Shown piece after piece: positions 46,745 through 58,420 of a DNA stretch of 64,000 nucleotides. Source of the DNA: Macrostomum lignano (taxonomy: Eukaryota); the NCBI GenBank assembly GCA_002269645.1, contig NIVC01000094.1, positions 682,001 to 746,000 of the forward strand. The letters are read 5' to 3'. Both the position numbers and the translations under genes were made by a program. How positions within the stretch are numbered: position 1 is the stretch's first letter; each line of letters opens with the position of its first letter. The notes below the pieces were generated by a model, which saw nothing but the letters and a program-made list of their open reading frames with translations, did not search any database and had not been told where the DNA came from.

Positions 46745-47460
46745 AGAGTGACACTAACAGAGTGACAGTAACAGAGTGACAGTAACAGAGTGACAGTAAC
46801 AGAGTGACAGTAACAGAGTGACAGTAACAGAGTGACAGTAACAGAGTGACAGTAACAGAGTGACAGTAACAGAGTGACAGTAACAGAGTGACAGTAACAG
46901 AGTGACAGTAACAGAGTGACAGTAACAGAGTGACAGTAACAGAGTGACAGTAACAGAGTGACAGTAACAGAGTGACAGTAACAGAGTGACAGTAACAGAG
47001 TGACAGTAACAGAGTGACAGTAACAGAGTGACAGTAACAGAGTGACAGTAACAGAGTGACAGTAACAGAGTGACATTAACAGAGTGACAGTAACAGAGTG
47101 ACAGTAACAGAGTGACAGTAACAGAGTGACAGTAACAGAGTGACAGTAACAGAGTGACAGTAACAGAGTGACAATGACAGAGTGACGGAATGATCAAGTG
47201 ACAGAATGACCGAGGGACAGAATGACCGAGTGACAGAATGACCGAGTGACAGAATGACCGAGTGACAGAATGACGAGTGACAGAATGACCGAGTGACAGA
47301 ATGACCGAGTGACAGAATGACCGAGTGACAGAATGACCGAGTGACAGAATGACCGAGTGACAGAATGACCGAGTGACAGAATGACCGAGTGACAGAATGA
47401 CCGAGTGACAGAATGACCGAGTGACAGAATGACGAGTGACAGAATGACCGAGTGACAGAT
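46745..47460. repeat. Compound array: 14-bp AGAGTGACAGTAAC changing to 16-bp GTGACAGAATGACCGA
   Basis: Direct reading; the switch is near 47170-47200. Confidence 0.95.
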
Positions 47461-48279
47461 TGACCAAGAATTTGAGATTCACCCGAGCTGAAATCGGGGC
47501 CTTGCATCAGGTTCGCGGGAGCCAAGAGGATTAACAGCGGAGTGGCAACAGCCAGCTGCTCCAGATGCGCCGCCCAGATTACCGATGGCTCGGGCTAAAG
47601 CATCCCAGATTTCTTGTGGATGTTTTTAGAAGCGGAGAGTCACAGAGACCCGGCAACCGACCGTCTCTGATGGATCGGCGGGTCCCCCCAGCTTCCCCCA
47701 AATCTCTCTGCCCCTCTTTGCCTGTCTGTTGCTTTCAGAAGGCTCTCCAAAGAGGACTCTCCCAGAGGAGATGGGCGGCAGCGCAGGCAAACGTGCCGCA
47801 ACTGACAATGCGCGCTTCCGGCGGCTGCAGGGGATGAAAAAGGAGCGACTGGGGATCAAAACCGATTAGCTTCTGTCTCTCGCTTATTCCGGCTCTCGAC
47901 AGCGGCCAAGCGAGCTGCTGATTACGTAACAATGGAAGCAACCTGGGCGCCGGCTCGAATCCCATGAGGGTGTCCCCTCTCTCCCCGAGTCAATGTGGGA
48001 CAGCCGCCGATGCAGCTTTGAGTGGAGCGACCGAGGTTGAGTCGGAGAGGATGGGTGAGGTTATTCTCAAAGTTTTTCTCAAAGCCTCTCAGATGTATTC
48101 AGTCAGTTGAGCAGGCCCAGACTCCCATCCTTGATGATGGAGTGGCTGCTCGAATGCAGATTTCGTGAGTCGATGGCTGTGCAAAGTGCAGCCGGGTTTT
48201 CAACGGCTTTGTTGATGCGGTTGAGACTCGAAGCAGATGGGGAGACGGGAGAAAAAGGAGGGGAGAGTCAGTGGTGAAT

Positions 48280-49705
48280 GGGAGATGCATTGATGAAGGG
48301 AAGATGCAGTGTTGAAGGGAAGATGCAGTGATGAAGGGAAGATGCAGTGTTGAAGGGAAGATGCAGTGATGAAGGGAAGATGCAGTGTTGAAGGGGAGGT
48401 GCAGTGTTGAAGGGAAGATGCAGTGATGAAGGGAAGATGCAGTGTTGAAGGGAAGATGCAGTGATGAAGGGAAGATGCAGTGATGAAGGGAAGATGCAGT
48501 GTTGAAGGGAAGATGCAGTGATGAAGGGAAGATGCAGTGATGAAGGGAAGATGCAGTGTTGAAGGGGAGGTGCAGTGTTGAAGGGAAGATGCAGTGATGA
48601 AGGGAAGATGCAGTGTTGAAGGGAAGATGCAGTGTTGAAGGGAAGATGCAGTGTTGAAGGGAAGATGCAGTGATGAAGGGAAGATGCAGTGATGAAGGGA
48701 AGATGCAGTGATGAATGGGAGGTGCAGTGTTGAAGGGGAGGTGCAGTGATGAAGGGAAGATGCAGTGTTGAAGGGAAGATGCAGTGATGAAGGGGAGATG
48801 CAGTGATGAAGGGAGGATGCTGTGGTGAATGGGAGATGCATTGATGAAGGGAAGATGCAGTGTTGAAGGGAAGATGCAGTGATGAAGGGAAGATGCAGTG
48901 TTGAAGGGGAGGTGCAGTGTTGAAGGGAAGATGCAGTGATGAAGGGAAGATGCAGTGATGAAGGGAAGATGCAGTGATGAAGGGGAGGTGCAGTGTTGAA
49001 GGGGAGGTGCAGTGATGAAGGGAAGATGCAGTGTTGAAGGGAAGATGCAGTGATGAAGGGAAGATGCAGTGATGAAGGGAGGATGCAGTGTGAAGGGAAG
49101 ATGCTGTGTGAAGGGAAGATGCAGTGTGAAGGGAAGATGCAGTGTGAAGGGAAGATGCAGTGGTGAAGGGAAGATGCAGTGGTGAAGGGAGGATGCAGTG
49201 GTGAAGGGAAGATGCTGTGGTGAAGGGAAGATGCTGTGGTGAAGGGAAGATGCAGTGGTGAAGGGAAGATGCAGTGATGAAGGGAAGATGCAGTGATGAA
49301 GGGAGGATGCTGTGGTGAAGGGAAGATGCTGTGGTGAAGGGAAGATGCTGTGGTGAAGGGAAGATGCAGTGGTGAAGGGAAGATGCAGTGATGAAGGGAA
49401 GATGCAGTGATGAAGGGAGGATGCTGTAGTGAAGGGAAGATGCTGTGGTGAAGGGAAGATGCTGTGGTGAAGGGAAGATGCAGTGGTGAAGGGAAGATGC
49501 AGTGATGAAGGGAAGATGCAGTGATGAAGGGAGGATGCTGTGGTGAAGGGAAGATGCTGTGGTGAAGGGAAGATGCTGTGGTGAAGGGAAGATGCAGTGG
49601 TGAAGGGAAGATGCAGTGATGAAGGGAAGATGCAGTGATGAAGGGAGGATGCTGTGGTGAAGGGAAGATGCTGTGGTGAAGGGAAGATGCTGTGGTGAAG
49701 GGAAC
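48280..49705. repeat. 19-bp minisatellite GATGCAGTG(A/T/G)TGAAGGGAA
   Basis: Direct reading. Confidence 0.95.
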
Positions 49706-50434
49706 AGATGGCAGCAGACAGTAAAGCGAGAGAACAAAGGAAAGTGTTAGCAGGGGTATAGCTGGATACTCAGCAGAATATTGGCTCCAGATGACTCCAG
49801 TCGGGTCGGATTCGCTCGATAAATTTAAGGCAACACTTCGAGCGCATTGGCAGGTTCAAAGAAAATGTGATGCCCCAGCTCAGAAATAATGGAGCAGCCC
49901 CGTTGCGTGCTTCTCGCTCTGGCTCTCGGCTTTCAGGAGCAGCAGCAGCAGCAGACCCGCCATGGAATCTGAGTCCACCTTGCCAACCAGCCCTGCTGCA
50001 TGTTTTATGCCCAGCCTCGGGCAAAACTTGAGGGGCCAGAAGCGGGGGCGGGCTGGTCTGTCCCCGCGTGTCCCGTGTGCGATTACGCAATCAGACGCAG
50101 AGCTTTTCGTGCCATGCCTCGCGGGGAAGAAGAGGTCACAGGTTCGAATGGGATGAAGAAGAGTCTTCGTACTCGGAGCAGCTGCGGTGGGATTAATTGG
50201 GCGTTTCGAAGAACAGAATTTGTCGAAAAACCGAGCGTGCGAGAATTTCGGGTTTGGTGGTGAAATTCGAGTCAAAGTCACTGCTTCATCAATTCCTGGA
50301 AGAGCCCTCTTGAGATGCGGTTTTTCATTTGTTTAACTTTGCTGCCCTGATTTCCTGGAAAACAAATTGTCTAATTTAATTTTAGCAGTGCAAAGATCTT
50401 CTCAACTTATTTTCCCGCTTTTTCTCGTTTGTCC

Positions 50435-51385
50435 TCTTCTCCCTACTTCCCCTGCTCCCCTTCTCCCTACTTCCCCTGCTCCCCTTCTCCCTACTTCCCC
50501 TGCTCCCCTTCTCCCTACTTCCCCTGCTCCCCTTCTCCCTACTTCCCCTGCTCCCCTTCTCCCTACTTCCCCTGCTCCCCTTCTCCCTACTTCCCCTGCT
50601 CCCCTTCTCCCTACTTCCCCTGCTCCCCTTCTCCCTACTTCCCCTGCTCCACTTCTCCCTACTTCCCCTGCTCCCTTTCTCCGTAATTCTCCCGTTCTCC
50701 CTACTTCTCCCCTTCTCCTTACTTCTCCCCTTCTCCCTACTTCTCCCCTTCTCCCCACTTCTCCCCTTCTCCCTACTTCTCCCCTTCTCCCCACTTCTCC
50801 CCTTCTCCCTACTTCCCCTGCTCCCCTTCTCCCTACTTCCCCTGCTCCCCTTCTCCCTACTTCCCCTGCTCAACTTCTCCCTACTTCCCCTGCTCCCTTT
50901 CTCCGTACTTCTCCCGTTCTCCCTACTTCTCCCCTTCTCCCTACTTCTCCCCTTCTCCCCACTTCTCCCCTTCTCCCTACTTCTCCCCTTCTCCCCACTT
51001 CTCCCCTTCTCCCTACTTCTCCCCTTCTACTTACTTCTCCCCTTCTCCCCACTTCTCCCCTTCTCCCTACTTCTCCTCTTCTCCCTACTTCTCCCCTTCT
51101 CCCCACTTCTCCCCTTCTCCCTACTTCTCCCCTTCTCTCCACTTCTCCCCTTCTCCCTACTTCTCCCCTTCTACTTACTTCTCCCTTTCTCCCCACTTCT
51201 CCCCGTTTCTCCCCACTTCTCCCCTTCTCCCTACTTCTCCCCTTCTACTTACTTCTCCCCTTCTCCCCACTTCTCCCCGTTTCTCCCTACTTCTCCCCTT
51301 CTCCCTACTTCTCCCCTTCTCCCTACTTCTCCCCTTCTCCCCACTTCTCCCCATTTCTCCCCACTTCTCCCCTTCTCAACCCTCT
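50435..51385. repeat. Compound pyrimidine array: 24-bp TTCTCCCTACTTCCCCTGCTCCCC and 18-bp CCTTCTCCCTACTTCTCC
   Basis: Direct reading. Confidence 0.9.
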
Positions 51386-52214
51386 CCCCTTACTTCCCCC
51401 GTCTTCCCTGTCCCCATCTCATCTTCTCCTCTATCTCTATCTCGCAAAATTCAGGCCACGACACAGCAAAGTTAGCCACTCAATGCCAATATCTGCAACC
51501 ATAGCGGAGAACAATAACAGAGTGAGCAAAGCTGCTCACCGCTACCGACTTCTCAAACTCTGTCTCCCCTCTCGAACCTGCGCCTATGAGGGGGGACCAC
51601 TTGAGCTGTAAAAACTGAAATGAAATGGAAATCGAGGAGGGGAAAGAGCTAAGCTGGAGGGGCGGCAGTGCAGTCAGTTGTGACAGCGTCAAAGCCGGAT
51701 CGCTGCACCCCCCCCCCCCCCAGTTCACCTTTCCCTTTTCTGCCCGCCTGTCGGTAGAAACCCTTTGAAGTCGGTGGGCTCTGAGCTGCGCGCCATCTGC
51801 GCATACTGAAGGTTGCGTGATCAAACTGTACTAGGCGGACAGACAGGCGGATACAGGCTTTGTAAGCTCTCTGTTGAGTAATAAGTCTGAGCATTTAATT
51901 AGGGTCCTTACTGAAGCCATAGATCCGGGGGCTGGTCTGAGGGAGCTGTGATCAGAGGACAATCGGAGTTGTGTAAAAATAATTCCGATGTTCGTTGAGC
52001 AGTCTCTGAACAATCGCGCAAGGAGCGAGGGGATTAGCGGGCTGTTTTCATATTCTTGTGTATGGCTTCCGAGCCATTGTCGCGGCACCCCCCCCCCGGA
52101 GCGGCCCCCTCACTCCCTATCTTTACCTTTGCTTGCCCCCGCTATTGCAGACATTAAATAATAGGCCAGTCATTGTTGCACCATCTTGACGCTGCTCCAC
52201 GAGTCCAAATTTAG

Positions 52215-52565
52215 TGAGAGGTCAGTTGACCACCCTCCGATTAGCATCAACAGTTTTAAATTTAATGGGAGGTCAGTTGACCCCCCTTTAAGAAGCATCG
52301 GTAGATTCTAAGTGGAGATCAGTTGACCCCCTTCAAATTAATATCAACAGATTCTAAACAGAGGTCAGTTGACCCCATTCCAATTTGCATAAAAAAATTC
52401 AAGATGGAGGTCAGTTGACCCCCTTTCAAATAGAGGTCAGTTGATTCTAAACAGAGGTCAGTTGACCCCCTTCAAATTAGCATCAACAGATACTAAACAG
52501 AGGTCAAATTGACTTCTTATGCTAATTTGTATCTACAATCTCAAAAGTGAGGTCAGTTGACCTCC
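52215..52565. repeat. Degenerate ~45-bp repeat with a conserved core GAGGTCAGTTGACC(C), about 9 copies
   Basis: Cores near 52218, 52269, 52315, 52359, 52407, 52433, 52454, 52500 and 52549; the spacers are more diverged than the cores. Confidence 0.85.
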
Positions 52566-53275
52566 CAGAAGTTCATCAGAGTCAAAGCTTCGACCTACAG
52601 GTGCAGGTTGTAAATCATAGCCAGCAATGCGGGGAAAAAATCAATTTGATTTTCGAAGGCGAACAGATCTCCCCCCAGACTTTTATTTAGCAGTGCCAAA
52701 ATATCTGCCAATGCCCGCCTCGCGTGCCCGCAAGCATTCCGCAATGCCCTGCTGGCAGCCGTCGGTAGGCTTTGACCGAGCCGAGTCTTTGCCTGCCGGG
52801 ATAGAGTAGGGGGGAGATTATCTCCCGCCTGTATGGGATAATCTCCCACCAGTGTGCACTTAGTAGCGTCTTTTAATGTCTTTCCCTTGGCCGTCCCGTC
52901 TGCAAGCGACACCCGGACCGTCAATCAGACTTGCCGCGGTCTCCAAGCCGCCTCTCTAAGCGGACGGCAGTTCTCACTCGCCCTCTCCCCCACCCACTGG
53001 ATCAATGCGATCATGCGGCATATCGCAGTGTCAGGTGCGCAGTCTCGTGCTGGAGTCCTGCCTACCGGATCCGATAGACTACCGGATCCGATAGACCCGA
53101 GTCATCTCTCTCTCTCTCTCTAGTTCCTTTACCCACCTCTCCCTCCCACTCTCCACCTCTATCTCCGCTTCGCTTCCTCTCATTCTCTCCTCTCTATCTC
53201 TCACTCCCCCTCTCTCCCTCTCTTTCGATCTCTCTCCTTCTCCGTCTACTCCTTTCTCCCTATATCCCTCCTAAA

Positions 53276-53398
53276 TAGAGGTATTCGGGGTCGGGCTTTG
53301 GTACCGGGTTCGGGGTCTGAAAAAATGTTCAGCTCGACACCCGTCCCGGTACCCCGAACCCCGAGCCCCGAATGAATTGCCGTTTCGAATACTCCCTA
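53276..53398. mobile_element. 123-bp hAT-type MITE
   Basis: Perfect 8-bp TSD CTCCTAAA (53268-53275 and 53399-53406); ends TAGAGGTATTCG ... CGAATACTCCCTA; internal inverted TTCGGGG/CCCCGAA and GGTACC modules. Confidence 0.8.
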
Positions 53399-54199
53399 CT
53401 CCTAAACTGCCTCTTTATTCAATTACTAATTAATTCAATTTATGCTCCCACCTCACTTTGTTCCCTTCAATTTCTTCCACTGTCTCCCCCTCTCTTCCCT
53501 ACCTTTGTCCCTCTTGTTAACCTTCTTGTTACGACCCTCGGCGATTGCGTCACCGCTCATGCGGTCTCCTCTGTCATCCCTTCGGCCGCTGTCCCGGTTC
53601 CCACGGGGAAGAATCTCCCCTCTTCAGCCTTTTGAGCTGGCGCCGCTCCGAGAGCATTTCTCAATCGAGCAGTGAAGGAATCTGCAAGGCCACTGTCTGC
53701 TCGGGGGGGGGGGCACCCCAGGTGTGACACTCGCATCGACCTGGTGAGGAGGGCACAGGAGGGAATTATCGATACAGCAGGTTGCGGAGCGGACAGACAG
53801 AACCGGCAGCACCTTCGGGACTCGGGGAGAGTTGGAGAACAGCCCCATTGAAGTGGGTGCTGTTAAGCTTTTGGACGCATTTTCTCTTGGCCAATCAATA
53901 TTTTTTAGCTGCAGCCTCCTCCACACTCTTAGTGCGGAACTGTTCTTAATTCTTGATGAAGCATGTTGAAGCTTCGCCCGCTGGTTGCTGCGGGCCCCAC
54001 CGCAGTGCGAAATTAAACGATTTTACATGGCTGACCCTGCAGTTAGGGTGGAATTAATCACTCCGACTCTTTAATCCACCTCTATTCTTTACTGATGTCA
54101 TAATCCCATTATCTAAGCATTGCAGTATCTCATACAGAACCCATTATTCCATAATCTCAACTTTCAATCATCTTAGTATATCTTCGGATCCAGAATCCC

Positions 54200-54662
54200 A
54201 TCGTACCGTTATCCCGCTCCCCATAATCCCAATCTCCCTTAATACCATCCCCCACAATCCCACTCTCCCTTAATCCCACCCCCCATAATCCCAATCTCCC
54301 TTAATCCCATCCCCCATAATCTCAATCTCCCATTATTCCCATTCCCCATAATCCCAATCTCCCTTAATCCCATCCCCCATAATCCCAATCTCCCTTAATC
54401 CCATCCCCCATAATCCCAATCTCCCTTAATCCCACCCCCCCATAATCCCACTCTCCCTTAATCCCATCCCCCATAATCTCAATCTCCCATCATCCCAATC
54501 TCCCTTAATCCCAATATCCAATTATCCCAATCTCCTATTATTTTAATCCCCATTATCCCAATCCCCCACTATCCCAATCCTCCATTATCCCAGTCCCCCA
54601 CTATCCTAATCCCCCATTATCCCAATCGCCCATTATCCCAATCTCCCATAATCCCAATCTCC
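54200..54662. repeat. Degenerate C-rich array (CCCATAATCCCAATCTCCCTTAAT...)
   Basis: Direct reading. Confidence 0.85.
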
Positions 54663-55254
54663 CGTGAACGAATTCCACAGCAACATCACATTTTCCAGTT
54701 TATTTTAATGAACTAACTGGACTAAGAATCAGCCACAGCAACTGCATTGTGCAGGCAACAAGGCAATATGCGCAAGGAAGTGCTACTTTCTATATGCGAA
54801 AGACTCTGCCTGCTGCACAGGGTTATTATCATTCATCGGGCTCGTCTGCCAATGCTGACTTCCAGCTCGCCCCGCCCCCATCGGCCCAGCGGGTGGTCTT
54901 TGATTACAAGCCGGCCAAGCTTTCGGTGGAACACCCCGTGCGGTTCCGCTATTATTCTTATTATTTTCATTACTCTCACGCTCACCACCCCAGTGCCGAA
55001 AGCAGCACAGAGATAACTGGCTTGACCTGGGCGGAGAAATTGATAGAAACCGCAGATTCCGGGGAGAACCTTCTTCTACTTCATCATCGGGAATGTATTG
55101 GATAGGAATGTTCGGTCATCCAGTGGCAAATAGATTAATTATCCCCCCTTATACTGGTTGCGGTTGCTGCTACTGGGAAAAGAGGCGAACTGAGAGGGAC
55201 TTTTGAAATTTAATGTAGAATTGATTCATTTAGAGTAGATGGGCAGAATGATGA

Positions 55255-55540
55255 GAAGGGGAGTGAGAAAGAGAGTGAGACGGAGAGTGAGAAAGAGAGT
55301 GAGACGGAGAGTGAGACGGAGAGTGAAATAGAGAGTGAGATGGAGAGTGAGAAGGAGAGTGAGACGGAGAGTGAGATGGAGAGTGAGATGGAGAGTGAGA
55401 AGGAGAGTGAGATGGAGAGTGAGATGGAGAGTGAGACGGATAGTGAGATGGAAAGTGGGACGGAGAGAGAGTGAGAAGGAGAGTGAGACGGAGAGTGAGA
55501 TGGAGATTGAGACGGAGAGTGAGAAGGAGAGTGAGACCAG
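55255..55540. repeat. 12-bp array GAGAGTGAGA(CG/TG/AG)
   Basis: Direct reading. Confidence 0.9.
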
Positions 55541-56174
55541 AACTGTATGTTTAAATAATCTAAAATAATTCAATGCGCCATCAAGAAGCGGCACTATCTC
55601 CCATAGCAACCGCACACAGAAAACTTCCCATTCTCTACTTCAATGCAACCCAAGTTCGATGCCTCGATTCCCAATAAATCCCGAATAAAAATCCCCAGGT
55701 CAAGTATCAGCAGCTTTCAATTTCAATATCAAATTGGCGCGATTGGTCGTGGGAAAAGGCCTGGCAGGTCGCAGCATCAAGAAGCTCGAAGTGAATCGAG
55801 TTGGACAGCTTCGAGTCTCGGGCCAAGTGCGAAATTCCTCTGGGGCAGCCGCAGCTCATCAAGGCGCTCCAGCCTTCTTATTTCAATTTTGACATTCGGG
55901 CCACTTCTTTGGCCGCGAGCTTCTTGCCCCCCCCCCGCCTGCGTGGCTACTCATTTCTGGCGCTAGAGAGGCGAGTGAAATGGCAAAAGACCCCGTCTGA
56001 CCCTCGTCAATTATTTAGGCAAGTGCGAGCCTGGGTCGCGCGTCACATCCAGTTTTCATTAACCTCGCAGACCTGAGTCACTCCGGCAGAATAAGGCCAA
56101 GTTATAAGCTTCTGGGACTGTCTTGCACTAACTTGCCATCTTGCTGGGGTTCTGAGATACTTCTGATATTGCCC

Positions 56175-56370
56175 GCTTCTGGTTGACTGTGTGCCTTCTG
56201 GTTGACTGTGCGCGCTTCTGGTTGACTGTGCGCGCTTCTGGTTGACTGTGCGCGCTTCTGGTTGACTGTGCGCGCTTCTGGTTGACTGTGCGCCCTTTTG
56301 ATTGACAGTGCGCGCTTCTGGTTGACTGTGCGCGCTTCTGGTTGACTGTGCGCGCTTCTGATGACTGTGC
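56175..56370. repeat. 20-bp minisatellite GTTGACTGTGCGCGCTTCTG
   Basis: Direct reading. Confidence 0.9.
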
Positions 56371-56929
56371 AGGCTTCTTTTAACTTGAGTAAGTGCTCCG
56401 GACCCACCTATAGCTATAGAGTTGTTTCCGTTAGAAGCAACTACTGCCTGATTTGGCTGAGCAGAAATATCGCTAAAATAATGAAAATAAAGCAGCGGAT
56501 GTAACAACGGCCCAGAAGCGAAAGTCAAAAGTCTACATTTTCCATCTTCTGCTCTTCCTCTCGCCTCCCCAACCCCCTCCCCCATGATTTCCTGTCGCTT
56601 ATTGAAGCTGATCTTAATTTGAATTTTCCAGACCAGCAGACCGCCCCTCTCAAAGTGGATTTTGAATCCAGCATTTTGTTTCTGCGGGGCCGGACTCGGG
56701 GCCGGGGCGACAGCCGCTTCTCCGGCCTGGATACTGTTGGGGGGCGGTTTTCGCGCCACTGAGCAGCGGACGCTCTGTGATGCTACTTTTCACCGGCTCT
56801 CACGGAGTCCCCGCAGTACTTCGTGGCCTGAAATGAGCCACTTTTATGCTTTAACTAGCATAGCTGCCTTTCACCCCTCTCATCCTCTCTCACTCTTGCT
56901 TTCACCCGACCACTCACCGTTTCTCCAAC

Positions 56930-57575
56930 TCTTTCACTCTGCTCACCCTATCTCTCACTACTCTCACTCTTCCACTCACTACTCTCACTCTTTCTCTCAC
57001 TACTCTCACTCTTCAGCTCACTACTCTCACTCTATATTTTGCTACTCTCATTATATCTCTCACTCTTTCTCTCACTACTCTCACTCTTCCACTCACTACT
57101 CTCACTCTTCCACTCACTACTCTCACTCTTCCACTCACTACTCTCACTCTTCCACTCACTACTCTCACTCTTCCACTCACTACTCTCACTCTGCCACTCA
57201 CTACTCTCACTCTTTCTCTCACTACTCTCACTCTTCAGCTCACTACTCTCACTCTTTCTCTCACTAATCTCACTCTATCTCTCGCTACTCTCACTCTTTC
57301 TCTCACTACTCTCACTCTATCTCTGACTACTCTCACTCTATATTTTGCTACTCTCACTCTATCACTCACTACTCTCACTCTATATTTTGCTACTCTCACT
57401 CTATCACTCACTACTCTCACTCTATATTTTGCTACTCTCATTATATCTCTCACTCTATCCGCTCACTACTATCACTCTATCTCTCATTACTCTCACTTTT
57501 TTGACTCTCTACTCTCACTCTATCTCTCGCTACTCTCACTCTATCTCTCGCTACTCTCACTCTATCTCTCGCTGG
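56930..57575. repeat. 21-bp-based array TCTCACTCTTCCACTCACTAC
   Basis: Direct reading. Confidence 0.9.
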
Positions 57576-58199
57576 TCTCACCCCACTCAGCCATTTTCAA
57601 AAGCACCAACAGCCAAAGATGCACTGCAAGGCAGCCAGCTCAACTCCCTGCCTGACTCAGCAGGTGACTGACATATCCGTCAGATATTTCCCCTCCCTTT
57701 CCTTCCTCTCCCCCCCCCCAGCTTCTTTTGCTGCATCACCCGGGCCAACTTTTTCTTCACACTATTCTGCCAGAGTCAGTTTTGAGACTCTGATAAAAGC
57801 AAAACCTGCAGCAGTGTTACAAGTTCAAGAAATGCCAGCATCAGGTGGCAGGCAGATCTCTGAGCGTCCTTTCTTTCTATTCCAGTGTCACCTTTCAGAA
57901 AAAACCCTTTTCAAAGATTGAGGTCGATAGCAAATCTGTGTGTGACGTCATTCCCATTCAAAGCATGAATTTCTTCATATTTTTGGATGCCAAAAAACAG
58001 CAACAAAAGAAAAATGAAATTTCATGCCTGCACACACAGGTGATGGTTATCATGAGGTTCTGACCTCTATCTGATCCTGCTTGGCAAGATTTTATAAATT
58101 TCTGGTTGCAAAAACATTTATTGTTTTGAAAAAGCTTGTGATTTTGAATGCGAGCGAGAGTATGCGCTTGTGAATCAATTCCATTTGTGTGAGTGACCC

Positions 58200-58420
58200 A
58201 GTAAGTGGATGAGTGAGTTTATGATTGAGTTCATGAATGCGTGAGTGACTGATTGGGTGAGTTCATGAATGACTAAGTGAGTGAATGACTGAGTGAGTGA
58301 GTTCATGGATGACTGAGTGACTGAGTTCATGAATGACTGAGTGAGTGAGTTCATGAATGACTGAGTGAGTTCATGGTTGCTTAAGTGAGTGAGTGAGTGA
58401 GTTCATGAATGAGTGACTGA
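58200..58420. repeat. Degenerate (GAGT/GAAT/GACT)n tetranucleotide tract
   Basis: Direct reading. Confidence 0.8.

Noticed and set aside
47900-47965. B-box-like GGCTCGAATCCC suggesting another tRNA or SINE
   Set aside because: No convincing A-box spacing or cloverleaf.
54749-55105. 118-aa ORF in unique sequence
   Set aside because: Non-ATG start, no motif recognised and a length compatible with chance.
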